From contig CAWHAE010000009.1 of the NCBI GenBank assembly GCA_963827235.1, forward strand, positions 1,056,001 through 1,120,000: 64,000 nt of DNA, in the 5' to 3' direction. Of this stretch, positions 38,473-49,472 are shown in pieces. Source of the stretch: an uncultured bacterium. Its GTDB lineage: Bacteria; Chloroflexota; UBA5177; JANWHV01. The position numbers and the translations under genes are program-made. The notes beneath the pieces are model-generated. The model saw only the letters and a program-made list of their open reading frames with translations, ran no database searches and was not told where the DNA came from. Within the stretch, counting starts at the first letter, position 1; every line of letters starts with the position of its first letter.

Positions 38473-40326
38473 GTGGCGCGGGCGTTTCTGGCCTACTACA
38501 GCGACTGCGTGCTGAGCGCGAGCGGGGTAGCGGTGAGCGGGGCCACGGTGGCGCTCTACGCCGCGTCGTCGTTTGCCGCCGGGGTGCTGCCGACGGGCGG
38601 GACGGGGCTGCCGGCGGCGACGGCGAGCACGACCACGGACATCAACGGCAAGTTCGCCCTGGCCGTGCCGCCGGACGACTACCACCAGCTGGTGACCTCC
38701 ACGCCCTACGGCGGCGGCACGGTCTATGCCTGGAGCTACTTCGTGCCGGTGTGCTCGGCGGAGATGGTGCGGCGGGGGGTGGCGGGGGCACGGGCGGCGG
38801 GGCTGCCGCGGGCGCTGGCCCGGCTGGCGGCGGGCGCCAACGTGACCATCTTCTGCTGTGGCGACGACGTGACGGTGGGATACAACGCCACGGGGACGGT
38901 GACGGGCGGCTGGGTGGGGCTGCTGGCGGCGCGCTGGCCGCGCAGTATCCCACGGCCACGGTGGTGCGGCAGGACCCGCAGCAGCTACGGCACGACCAGC
39001 GACGGGGCGATTCCCGGGCTGGAACCCGACCACGGTGCAGACGGGGACGGGGACGCAGACGCTCACCGTGGTCAACGCGGGGGTGAAGGGCGACACGGTG
39101 CTGCGCATGCTGCGCCGCTTCGCCAACCTGACCACGAGCTGGCCGGCGGCGGACGTGGTGGTCGCGGCCTTCGGGCTGTGGGAGTCGACGACCGGGGCGA
39201 CGCAGCAGTACGTCGACGCGCGGCGGACTTCCAGGCGCAGCTGGAGGCGCTGGTGAACATCACCCGCAGCTTCACGCAGGCGGAGGTGCTGCTGTGCACG
39301 CCGCACTGTCAACGCCGAACGCGAGCAACCTGGACGACTACGCGAACGCGGTGCGCGCGGTGGCGGCGCGGGTGCGCACGGACATGGCGGACATCCGGCA
39401 GCTGTGGCTGGACCGCTACGTCTCCGGCGGGGCCAACGGCGGCTACGACCCCTGGCTGAACGTCGTCGGTGAGCACGACGCTGCCGACGGACGCGGGGCA
39501 CGCGGCGATGGCGGGGGAGATGGCCAGGCACTTCCAGGTGCCGCTGCTGGTGCCGTTCGAGGGCTCGGGCTTCGGGGCGGGGAAGGTGTGGGAGCTGGTG
39601 CGGGTGCCCTACATCGAGCACGCAGGTGGCGATGGTGGGCACGGGCTGGGCGGCGCACTGCGGGCTGGCAGGGGGCGACGTCTGAACATGGCGGGGGGCA
39701 CGGAGTACGTGACCAGCCATGCCGGGGACACGGTGACCATCCAGGGGCGCTTCGTGGACGTGGCGCTGCTGGCCGGCGCTTCTCGGACTGCGGGCAGGTG
39801 GGGGTGCAGGTGGACGGGGGCGGCTCGACCACCTATCGACCTCTACCGGGCCTATCCGGCGAGCACGAGCGACCTGGGCGACGCCAACGGGGCCTCGGCG
39901 CCGCAGGATCGGGTGCTGGTGGCGCACGGGCTGACGCGACGCGGTGCACACGGTGGTGATCACCTGTCTGGGGACGAAGAACGCGGGCAGCTCGCGGCTA
40001 CAACTTGCGCTTCGAGGGCTTGGAGCTGGGGCGGTGGCGGCGGCAGGGCTACGAGGTGGAGGCGAACGAGGCGCAGCAGCGGGTGCAGCGGGGCGTGAGC
40101 AACGTGACGTTCAGCAGCCGGCCGTCGTCCACGGCGGCGGTGACGTTCGGCGTGGCGTTCACCGGGTCAGCTGATCAACCCGACGGTGGCGGCCTGCAGT
40201 CACGACGCCAACTACTACTGCACGGTCTCGGGGATGAGCAACACGGGGTTCACGCTGACGGCGGTGCGGCGGGACGGCACGAGCTACACGGGCACGGTAG
40301 TGTGCGACTGGATCGCGGTGGGGTAG
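38473..40326 (+). pseudogene. Frameshifted SGNH/GDSL-like domain plus tail-fibre-like C-terminus
   Basis: IFCCGDDVTVG, VVNAGVKGDT, PTDAGHAAMA and terminal DWIAVG* spread over several frames. Confidence 0.6.
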
Positions 40327-40328
40327 CG

Positions 40329-40377
40329 GCCTGCGACTGCGGTCGCATGGAAGCAGGTGGGGGACTGCGGTCCCAGG
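40329..40377 (+). repeat. Twin-hairpin intergenic element, copy 3
   Basis: TGCGAC-TGCG-GTCGCA ... GGGAC-TGCG-GTCCC right after TAG 40326. Confidence 0.85.
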
Positions 40378-40411
40378 TGGACGCGGGACGGGTGAGCGGG
40401 GAGGTGAGGGG

Positions 40412-40669
40412 ATGCAGTCGGGGCGCGGGATACCTGGCGGGGCATCGCGGGCGACGCACCGGTCGAGGCAGTCACTCTACGTGCTGCGCGACGAGCTCGA
40501 CTGCAGCGGGTGCGAGTTCGGGCGGCTGAACCGGGAGCGCATCACCTGGATGGCGGAGGCGGTGGAGAAGGTGGACAAGAAGCTCAACTACGTGCTGGCG
40601 GCGGCGGGTCTGCAGCTCTTCGGCTTCCTGCTGACCGTGGTCGGCGTGCTCGTCTACCGGGTGCATTGA
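40412..40669 (+). CDS. Small coiled-coil + TM protein (holin/hemolysin-like)
   Basis: VEKVDKKLNY followed by a C-terminal TM helix. Confidence 0.5.
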   Translation: MQSGRGIPGGASRATHRSRQSLYVLRDELDCSGCEFGRLNRERITWMAEAVEKVDKKLNYVLAAAGLQLFGFLLTVVGVLVYRVH

Positions 40670-40670
40670 C

Positions 40671-41113
40671 GTGACCCTGACGCCGCTCTCTCCGGCGAAG
40701 CTGGCGCACATGGCGGCCAATCGGGCGATCATGCGGCAGGGGCGGATGGTGGGCGTGGCGGCGGTCTACCGCACGGCCTATGGCGGCTATCAGGCCGTCT
40801 CCCTGCAAATCACCCTGAAGCAGGTGGACAGCGCCGACCCGCTGGTGCGCGACCAGACGGAGAAGATGGTCAACGAGTACCTGGCGGAGGTGCCGCTGAG
40901 CGACGCGGACGGGCGGCCGCTGGACCCGCGGGCGATCGCCTACCTGGCGCTGACCGGGGGAGCGACGGATGACGCCAGCGTGGCGGCGGCCTGGAAGCTG
41001 GAGATCACGAGCTACCGGCGGGTGGGCTTCGGCGCCGTGCCCTCGGAGCCGGCGACGTGCAGGACGGGCCGGTCGGCGACCGCTGGCTGTTGGAGCTGAG
41101 GAGGATGCGCTAG
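40671..41113 (+). CDS. Phage hypothetical protein (head-closure-like position; frameshift near 3' end)
   Basis: ORF 40671-41099 with alternative-frame end RWLLELRRMR*. Confidence 0.45.
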
Positions 41114-42216
41114 ATGCCGCTGGTGATTCCAGCGCCGTGGCGGGACTGCCCTACGCGGCGCCGTGCCTGAGCGATGCCCTGCTGCGGCTGCGGCAGGACA
41201 TCTTCGACCAGGCGGGTCCGAGTCCGCGCTGGCAGGACAGCGACCTGACGCGGGCCATCGACCGGGCGCTGGACCAGTACAGCTTCGTCTTCCCCTGGAC
41301 GCAGACGGCGTTGGTCAACGCGAACGGGGGCTCGCGGCTGCTGGCGGTGCCCACGGTGGTGGACCCGAACGGGGTGGCGGGCGCCTCGGGGACGGGACCG
41401 GCATGGTGGGTGGAGAGCTGCGAGTATCCGACCGGGCAGTTCCCGCACATGACCGTTCCCTTCGTGGAGCTGACGCAGCCGTGCCTGGGCGTGCCGGCGG
41501 CTCCCTCTGCCGTCGTGGTGGCCGCGGCGGGGCTGCTGAACGGCAGCTACAAGTACGTGGTGACCTTCAAGGGCATCGCCGGGGAGACGTGGTCAGCGCC
41601 GGCGTCGGCGGCGGTCGCGCCGGCCAATCAGCAGGCGAGCGTGACGCTGCCGCTGGGTCCGGACGCCCTACTGTCTGGGGCGGAACGTCTACCGCACGGC
41701 GGCGGGCGGCTCGAGCCTACTACCTGGCGGCGACGATGGCGGACAACACGACCACGGTGTTCACCGACAACGTGGCGGATGGGTCGCTCGGCGTGCCGGC
41801 GCCGGCAGCCGACAGCACCCTGAACGTGCCGCTGGTGGAGATGCAGCTGTCGACTGCCGAGCTGCCGGATCCGGCAAGTCCCGGCACGGCACAGTTGACC
41901 TATGCCTCCAAGCACGTGCTGGCCGCCAACGGGACCACGGTGCCCGAGCAGCATCACGACGTGGTGTTGCTCGGGGCCGCGGCCTACGCCTGCCTGGCCT
42001 TCCAGGTGGGGACGAACGACCTGTTCGACTACCAGGACGGGGTGATGCGGGACCAGGTGCACGAGGCGAAGACGCCGGAGCACTGGCTGGCGGTGGGGAA
42101 CAACCTGCTCAAGCAGTTCACGGGGCGGCTGCGAGGACGTGAAGCACCAGCGGGACGCGTGCTACGCGGCGGTGAGCCAGTGGGGCGCGGTGGCCAGAAG
42201 GTGGAGCTGGATCTGA
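41114..42216 (+). pseudogene. Head-tail adaptor-like protein, frameshifted
   Basis: LRLRQDIFD...RWQDSDLTRAIDRAL and TVPEQHHDVVLLGAAAYA in different frames. Confidence 0.6.
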
Positions 42217-42237
42217 TGGCGCCCGGGAGACGGGGTA

Positions 42238-42310
42238 CCTGCGACTGCGGGTCGCATGGCAGCAGATGGGGGACTGCGGTCCCAGGCGGTGGGGGGACTG
42301 CGGTCCCAGG
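42238..42310 (+). repeat. Hairpin intergenic element, copy 4 (second hairpin duplicated)
   Basis: TGCGAC-TGCGG-GTCGCA followed by GGGGACTGCGGTCCCAGGCGG twice. Confidence 0.85.
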
Positions 42311-42326
42311 CGGCGGGGAGGCATAG

Positions 42327-42738
42327 GTGGCGACGCAGGGAGTGGACTGCCAGGTCATTCTCGACAACGTGGGCTACATGCTGGCGCCGAGCGGGCACCT
42401 GATGCGGCGGCCGCGGCTGCGCAAGGCGACGGTGGCGAAGGGCGGGGCGGAGCGGTACGTGGACGCGGGCCCGGGCAAGCGGGAGTGGCACCTGGAGATC
42501 CTGGCCCTGACGCAGCTGACGGACTACGGCGGGCAACTGCTGGCGCAGCAGGGGAAGGCGATCCGGGAGGCGCTGCGGGCGAGCTACGAGAAGGTGAGCG
42601 GACGTGATGGGCTTCACGGACGTGGACGGGACGTTGTATACGGTGCATTTCGACAGCTACGAGGAGCACGTGGTCGACCCGCGCACGCAGGTGACGGGGG
42701 TGAGCTACCACTGCGCCATCGTGCTCACTGAAGCGTAG
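42327..42738 (+). CDS. Phage hypothetical (tail-associated), frameshift near 42600
   Basis: GGAGG RBS; MATQGVDCQVILD...; continuation ends IVLTEA*. Confidence 0.5.
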
Positions 42739-42749
42739 GGAGGGCAGGC

Positions 42750-45098
42750 GTGGCCGGCAACGTGCAGAACTACCCGCGCATCGCCGACGTCTACGGCTTC
42801 TCCAATAGCGGCCAGGTGGCCGCCTGCTCGCGCTACGCCCTGGTCATCTCCGGGCCTGCCGCGACATCGGCCGTGGCCGCCCTGAAGGCTGCCAATCCGG
42901 CGGTGAAGGCGTTCGTCTACTTCGAGAGCGGCAGCGTGGACGTGCCCGGCTTCGACGGCCTGAGCATCTACCCGCCCTGGTTCATGTGCCTGGCGGGCAC
43001 CACGCTCTCGTCCGGCATCGACGCCGTGACCACGTCGATTCCGGTGGCCAACGGCACGCCGATCGGCACGTACTTCGCGACCAACCCGGACATCCTGGTC
43101 GACTCCGAGAGCATGCACGTCACCGCGGTCAACGGCAATACGCTCACCGTCACGCGGGGCTACAACTCGACGGCGGCCGCGCACGGCAGCGGCGCCATGG
43201 TGCGCGCGCACGCCACGGCCTGGAGCGGCTCGTGGATGATGAACGTGACGCCGTACTGCCCGACCGACGGCAACGGCCGCAAGTGGACGGACTACCTGGC
43301 CGCGACGGCGGTGAGCCAGGCGGTCTCGCCCTGGGACGGCGTGTTCTTCGACAGCGTGGGCAGCAGCGGCTGGCCGAGCCTGAACGGCGGCACGCTGGAC
43401 GCGAACAACGACAACGTGGCGGACGGCGGGCTGGGTCCATCGGGCACGGGCTGGCTGGACGGGGAGACCGCGCTGCTGGCGGCGGTGCGCGCGGCTGCCG
43501 CTGCCCTGCCCATCATCGGCAACGGCAGCGACTACAGCCAGCTCACCGGGCAGGAGCTGGAGGCGTTTCCGACCCGTCAGGGCGGCGCCGTGCCGGCGCT
43601 GGTGGCCTACCTGGCCGGCGCCGGTCCCGCGGGTGTTGAGCCCTTCACCATCGTCAACCCGGACACGAGCGACACGGGCACGCAGAGCCTGCAGAGCATG
43701 CGCTACAACCTGGGCATCGCCCTGCTGGGCAACGGCTACTTCGCCTACGACTACGGCGACCAGGCGCACGGGCAGACGTGGTGGTACGACGAGTACGACA
43801 ACGGGGCGGGCAGCAGTCTGGCCTCCAGCATGACGGCCGCGCAGACGACGGCGACGCTGGTGGCCGGCACGGGGAGCAAGTTCCACGTGGGTGACGTGGT
43901 GTTCGCGCCGGCCGACTGGACCACCTACGCGAACAACGACGAGCAGATGTACGTCAGCGCGGTGGTGGGCGACACCTTGACCGTGACGCGCGGCTACAAC
44001 GGCACGACGGGCGCCGCGCACACGGTGCCGTGCAAGGTGATGACGGCGGCACAGGTCGCGGCGGGACTCGGGTGGCTGGGCCAGCCGGCGGGCCCGGCGT
44101 ACAGCCTGACGGCGTTGGGGGCGAGTCTGCTGGCGAACGGCGACTTCGAGGCGGCGCCGCTGAGCAGCACCTGGACCTGGGAAGTGGATACCGGGGCCGG
44201 CACGCTGGCGCAGGACGGCACCACGGCGGAGCACGGCGGCAACTCCGCCAGGATGACGATTAGCACGCTGCCGGGTAGCCCGGGCGACATCAGCCTGTGG
44301 CAGGCGGGGTTCAGCCTGGCCGTGACCACGTACACGCTGACGTTCTGGGCCAGGGCAAGCAGACCGGGCATGGTGGTCGGTGCCGGCGTCTCGCTCAACC
44401 AGTCGCCGTGGACGAGTTACGCCTTCCAGACCTTCGCGCTGACCACGACCTGGCAGCAGTACTGGCTGACCTTCGCGATGACCGGCAGCGCCACGCCCTG
44501 CGCGCTCACCTTCAGCCCGGCGCGCGCCGGCGTGCTGGGCAGCGTGTGGCTGGATAACGTCGTGCTGGGAGTTGGCGACGTCAACCTGTGGCGGCGGGAC
44601 TTCGACGGCGGGGTGGTGCTGGTGAACGCCACGGCGGCGGCGCAGAGTCCGGGGGTGGGAGCGGGCTACCGGCGCATAGCGGGCACGCAGGACGCGGTGA
44701 CGAACAGCGGGGCGGCGGTGAGCGCGGTAAGCATCCCGGCGGGCGATGCCGTGGTGCTGGTGGATGGGCTGGGGAAGGGGGCGAGGATGGGCGCGGGGTT
44801 TATCAACGCGGACGGCAGCGAAGTGGTGGGGGAGTCGTTCAAGAGCGCGATCATCAACACGGCGACCACGACGATGGTGAAGAGCGGGCCGGGTCGGCTG
44901 GGCTACCTGAACATCCTGGGGGGCACGCTGGGGGCGATCACGGTCTACGACAACACGGTGGCGAGCGGGACGCTGCTGCTGTCGCAGTTCACGCCCACGG
45001 CGGGTGTGCCTATCTGCCTGTGCCTGGAGTTGGCGTTCAGCACGGGGCTGACCATCGTGACGGCGGCGGCGACCGTGGTGCAGGTGAGCTACAGCTAG
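42750..45098 (+). CDS. Putative glycoside hydrolase (GHL15-like) with CBM4/9-like module; virion-associated candidate
   Basis: WDGVFFD, RYNLGIALLGNGYFAYD, WWYDEYD, LGQP, WRRDFDGGVVLVN; LLANGDFE...YTLTFWARA...VWLDNV CBM. Confidence 0.65.
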   Translation: MAGNVQNYPRIADVYGFSNSGQVAACSRYALVISGPAATSAVAALKAANPAVKAFVYFESGSVDVPGFDGLSIYPPWFMCLAGTTLSSGIDAVTTSIPVANGTPIGTYFATNPDILVDSESMHVTAVNGNTLTVTRGYNSTAAAHGSGAMVRAHATAWSGSWMMNVTPYCPTDGNGRKWTDYLAATAVSQAVSPWDGVFFDSVGSSGWPSLNGGTLDANNDNVADGGLGPSGTGWLDGETALLAAVRAAAAALPIIGNGSDYSQLTGQELEAFPTRQGGAVPALVAYLAGAGPAGVEPFTIVNPDTSDTGTQSLQSMRYNLGIALLGNGYFAYDYGDQAHGQTWWYDEYDNGAGSSLASSMTAAQTTATLVAGTGSKFHVGDVVFAPADWTTYANNDEQMYVSAVVGDTLTVTRGYNGTTGAAHTVPCKVMTAAQVAAGLGWLGQPAGPAYSLTALGASLLANGDFEAAPLSSTWTWEVDTGAGTLAQDGTTAEHGGNSARMTISTLPGSPGDISLWQAGFSLAVTTYTLTFWARASRPGMVVGAGVSLNQSPWTSYAFQTFALTTTWQQYWLTFAMTGSATPCALTFSPARAGVLGSVWLDNVVLGVGDVNLWRRDFDGGVVLVNATAAAQSPGVGAGYRRIAGTQDAVTNSGAAVSAVSIPAGDAVVLVDGLGKGARMGAGFINADGSEVVGESFKSAIINTATTTMVKSGPGRLGYLNILGGTLGAITVYDNTVASGTLLLSQFTPTAGVPICLCLELAFSTGLTIVTAAATVVQVSYS

Positions 45099-45099
45099 C

Positions 45100-47077
45100 A
45101 TGAGGAGCTTGCCGGCCGCCGTGCTGAGCGCGGCACAGTCGTTTGGGGCGCCGCCGGACCTGAAGCTGGAGTTGGCGGACAGCGCGCCGCACTTCGCGAC
45201 CCTGAGCAGTGGAGGCAGCGCGGCCTCGCAGAGCGCGGGGTGCGTGGCGGCGGACGGGTCGCTGGTGCTGGCCTACCTGGGCGCCGCCGGGCTTTCGGTG
45301 CTGCGGGTGACGGACCCCTCGCAGGCGGGCAACTGGACGGGCTGGACGCTGCTGACCGCGGACGCGCGGGTGAACGCCGGCTGCTGCTTCGTGGTCTCGG
45401 GCGGCACGGTGCGGCTGCTCTACCAGAAGACGTCCACCACGCAGGTGTGCGGCACGGACTCCACGACCAACGGGGTGAGCTGGGGCGGCATCACCGTGCA
45501 GTTCGACCCGGGGCATGCCTGCTGGGGCATTGCCGCGGACAGCGACCTGACCACGGTGCTGATTGCCTACGACCCGGGGACGGGATTGGGGCGGCTGGCG
45601 GCGTGGAAGTACACGACGAGTTGGGCGGGGGTCGACTGGACGAACGGGGACTGGAGCCTGGTGGACGGCATCGCCTGCGTGCGCAACACGAACGGCAGCT
45701 ACAGCGTGGTGATCGCGGGGCAGCAGACGAGCAGCCTGCCCAGCTCGGTGTGGAGTTGCACCTATCTCTACGGGGGCAGCCCGGCCTGGAGCGTGTGGAG
45801 CACGATACGGGCGTTCACCGTCTCGGCGGGCATCTACCTCTCCTACCCGCACCTGAGCCAGTGGGGCGGGCTCTACCGGCTGACCTACGTGGAGCAGGAC
45901 ACGGGCTCGGTGGACGGCATGGCCGTATGCCCGGCTGCTGCGCTCGACCAGCATCGACTTCGTGCACTGGACGGCGCCCACGGCGACCCTGGTCAGCGTG
46001 AGCCGGGGCGGCGTGTGGCTGCAGCACAGTCTGGGGCAGGTGCTGGCGGGGGTGGAGGCGGTGAGCTTCGCGCCGGCCTACAGCGCGAGCACGGGCTATC
46101 GGGACATGACGGCGGACTTGCTGCGTCTGGAGGTGGTGGAGGCGGAGGGGAAGCCGGCCACCCTGACCGCGACCCTGGACAACAGCACGGGGCAATACAG
46201 TGGGTTGGCGGCGCTGAAAGTGCGCTCGCAGGTGCTGCTCAGTCAGGGTTACGTGGGAGTGGGATTGGCGCCCACGCACCTGTTCTACGTGCAGGGGTGG
46301 CGGTTCACGCGGGCCGTGGACACCAGCGAAGTGACGGTGACGGCGCTGGACGCGGCGGAGCGGCTGCGCTACGAGAGCGCCATGCCGCAGAGCTACGCCA
46401 ACCGACAGATCGGGGGCATCACGAGCGACCTGGCGGCGTTGGCGGGCATGGAGCAGGCGGTGGTCTATGACGCCTCCTTCACGCCGGGGCAGGGCATCGA
46501 CGCCTTCCAGGTGACGGCGGGGAGCACCTACCTGGCGGCGCTGGAGCGGCTGCTGCCGGTGTTTGCGGGGGGCTGGCGGGTGCAGGTGGGCAGCGGCAGC
46601 GGGGTGGCCTTTGCCGTGCTGGACTGGCTGAACGTGATCGGCAAGAGCGCGCTGCAGACGGTGGTGTGGACGTACACCGCGGAGCCCGAGCGCTTGACGG
46701 TGGGCGTGGACGGGGACAGAGCCAATCGCGTGGCGGTGCGCGGTCCGAGCAAGGTGGCGACGGCGGTGGGGGAAGCGTGGGACGGCAGCGACCTGGCGAA
46801 CACGGGGCGGGAGCGGTACGCGCTGGCGGTGGAGCAGCTGGCGACCACGAGCGGCACGGCGGGGCAGGTGGCGGGATTGGCGCTGGCGCGGGAGCAGCGG
46901 CTGGCCAGGAGCATGGAGGTGGCCGTGGGGCCGAACCCGGCGCTGGAGCTACTGGACGCCATCGCCGTGACGGACAGCATCCTGCCCACGAGCCAGGGGC
47001 GCATCACGGCGCTGACGCTGAGTGTCGAGCCCCGCAGCGGGCAGTGGGACTTGGTGTTGACCTGTGAAGGGCTGTGA
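45100..47077 (+). pseudogene. Large tail/baseplate-hub-like protein, frameshifted near 45930
   Basis: Two overlapping ORFs 45100-46470 and 45962-47077; LTATLDN, NPALELLDAIAV motifs typical of tail hubs. Confidence 0.6.
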
Positions 47078-47162
47078 GTCGTAGGTGCACTCATGCCGGG
47101 CGTGTGACGGTCCGAGAACCGGCGAGCGGGAACCGGCGTTGACCTCTGAAAGTCTGTGAGAT

Positions 47163-47726
47163 ATGAACGACAAAGCACTCGCGAATGCGTTGGGATTGCA
47201 GAGCAGCTACGGCTTTCACGTGGAGGAACCGCCGCGGCCGCCTGCCGCCAAGCTGATACGGCAGGGGCTGGCCCAGCGCTGGTACCCGTGTATCGAAGAG
47301 GACAATACCTACACGGGCTGTCTGGGCGAGGACTGCCCGCTCGAAGTCTGCTGGACGGACACGCCGTCGACCAGCTACGCGGTTGCGCTGCGGCGACATT
47401 TCCGGGCGGCGGCCGCCGACTATGTACCCGGGGCGCAATGCCTGCAGTGCCGCCACGTGCAGCAAATCGCCGTGGAGGTCATCGATGGCCGGCGCGGCGT
47501 GATCAGCCTGCCGATGCTGCGCTGCGTCAAGCAGTGCTGGCAGAATCCGATCAGCGCTTCCGCCTTCGTGCGCCGACGCATCCCGCCCGAGGAGGGTCAC
47601 GACCTGGCTGATTGCCCGCTCTTCGACCCGGCGCGCGCGCCTATCGACATCGTTGAGCAGCATCGCTTGCAGCTCAACGATCGCGTGCGGGCACGGCGAT
47701 CCGCCAGAGCAGCCAGTGGAGACTAG
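47163..47726 (+). CDS. Cys-rich hypothetical protein
   Basis: 187-aa ORF, CLQC and further Cys. Confidence 0.5.
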   Translation: MNDKALANALGLQSSYGFHVEEPPRPPAAKLIRQGLAQRWYPCIEEDNTYTGCLGEDCPLEVCWTDTPSTSYAVALRRHFRAAAADYVPGAQCLQCRHVQQIAVEVIDGRRGVISLPMLRCVKQCWQNPISASAFVRRRIPPEEGHDLADCPLFDPARAPIDIVEQHRLQLNDRVRARRSARAASGD

Positions 47727-47727
47727 C

Positions 47728-48225
47728 ATGGCTCAGTACCCTGCCCCCGGAGGAATACGGGTATCCTCGACCGCGGAGCGGACCGTGCAGACGGCCTGCC
47801 CAGAGGAGTGGGAGGAATCACGGCATCCTTCCGGCAAGACTGGAAGGAGGAGAGACGCGACATTCGAGCAGCCGAAGCTGCTGCACCCGGAGGCAGCATC
47901 CGGGGCAGACGGGGCGGACCTATCCGGCCGGAGCGCGTACGCGGATATGCTGCAGCACGACGAGCGGAGCATCTTCGAGCGCGTTCGTCATGAGCGCGGC
48001 CTGGAGCACGAGATTGCCCTGCTGCGGCTGCACATCTGTCTCCTGCTGCAGGACAGCGAGAACCGCACCAGTCCGGCCACGATCGGGCTGATCACGCGAG
48101 CCATCGATCTGCTGATCAAGGCTCTGCGCGCGCAGGGTATCGGCGTCGACGCGGAGCACAGTGCGCTCGAACGGGAGCTGGAACGGGCGGCGGCGGAAAT
48201 CCAGCAGCGCGGGAGAGAATCCTAG
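47728..48225 (+). CDS. Hypothetical protein, possible terminase small subunit
   Basis: GLEHEIALLRLHI helical motif upstream of the terminase fragment. Confidence 0.45.
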   Translation: MAQYPAPGGIRVSSTAERTVQTACPEEWEESRHPSGKTGRRRDATFEQPKLLHPEAASGADGADLSGRSAYADMLQHDERSIFERVRHERGLEHEIALLRLHICLLLQDSENRTSPATIGLITRAIDLLIKALRAQGIGVDAEHSALERELERAAAEIQQRGRES

Positions 48226-48432
48226 CTCGTCTCCCTCGGAAAAAGCAGCCAAATGGGAGTATAAACACAGCCAAAAAGACGATGTCAACCCCCGTTCATA
48301 TTGGTTATAGTACGCATGCTGAGTGAGCGTTCTTACGCGACATGGCCCTGAGCATTGCGCCGAGCACACCGTGCACACGGCGCCGACGAGCCGGCAGGAC
48401 ACCCTCGACACGCGCGAGGGAGGAGGAATGAC

Positions 48433-48630
48433 ATGATTACAGAGCTCTGGCTTAGGGCGGCACAGCGCCTGCAGCAGTACCTGGCCAAGCGGTTTGCCGA
48501 TGAAAACGGCCAGGGACTGGTGGAATATGCCTTGATCCTTGGCTTTGTCGCCATCATGGTCGTGGTTTCGCTGAAGTTTCTGCAACCGGCAATCAGCACG
48601 CAGCTCAACAACGTCGGCAACGGCATCTAG
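48433..48630 (+). CDS. Flp/Fap type IVb pilin
   Basis: DENGQGLVEYALIL prepilin cleavage/Flp motif, AGGAGG RBS. Confidence 0.9.
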   Translation: MITELWLRAAQRLQQYLAKRFADENGQGLVEYALILGFVAIMVVVSLKFLQPAISTQLNNVGNGI

Positions 48631-48810
48631 CGCCACGCCTGGCGGCTCGTCGCCACGTCGAACACACTCGCACCGCAGCACCTCGGGATATGCCGGGGTG
48701 CTGCTCTTTCTCGCCCGCTCTCCGCGCACGTACCCAGGCCGCGCAGGCCGGGCCGCTCATTTCTTTTAGGACTGATGCCAATCCGCCGCGCACCACAGAG
48801 GAGAACCGGC

Positions 48811-49005
48811 GTGTCCGTATCGCTACAGTCAACCGTTAGGTTCCTGATGGAGGACGTCACGCGCTTCAGCGAGGCCGTGGTAAAGAGGCCCTTACGTCCG
48901 TACCAGGCAGAGATTGCCCGCGCCGTGGCCATGGCGGCGCTTGCTCACCACGGGGACACACTTACCGTGATGATGGCAAGACAGATGGGTAAGAACGAAA
49001 TATAG
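48811..49005 (+). pseudogene. N-terminal fragment of terminase large subunit
   Basis: LRPYQ Q-motif and Walker A MARQMGKNE, then an immediate TAG. Confidence 0.75.
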
Positions 49006-49472
49006 ATGTGTGGAGAGTGTAAGCATATAGCACGCGAAGAGTTGTCCGCAGGGCGCACGGTAGCTAGGTGAGTGGGGGGGGGTTGGGTATATGGGGCTGC
49101 TTACGTGCGTCTGGGGGGGCGTGGCCGGCGTGCTCGGTGGCGTCGGACGTTGCCCATGCTGCCCAGGTGACGGAGCACACGTCGACCTGGCATGCGTACC
49201 TCAGGTATGCGAAGTCAGGGCTGTGGACAGCCTCAACGTTGAGGGGTGGCCCGGCTAGCGTCGCCGGCTGCGTGAACGTCACGCGCTCGCGCAGCCAGCC
49301 AACGCTCCCGTGTGCGGGGCGGGACGCCGCGCTGGCAGTCGGACGTCCACACCACGACTCTAAGGCACCGCCGCAATCTTGTCAGATGCCTGATGGAAGG
49401 TCTTTTGGGGCCATTCGGCCCATGACGGCGCCCGGCTATTTTGGAACGCATAAGCAATGGAACATTGCGCTC

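Larger units (their letters stand above)
37002..49005 (+). mobile_element. Phage/GTA-like structural module remnant
   Basis: Capsid C-terminus, adaptor, tail-like genes, terminase N-terminus; abrupt switch to a very G-rich coding strand. Confidence 0.75.

Noticed and set aside
42705-45101. Long antisense ORFs (also 60712-62664, 38251-39963, 10861-12114)
   Set aside because: Shadow frames of GC-rich genes with no motifs.
48258-48288. Minus-strand TTGACA...TATACT promoter
   Set aside because: 19-bp spacer and no downstream gene in that orientation.
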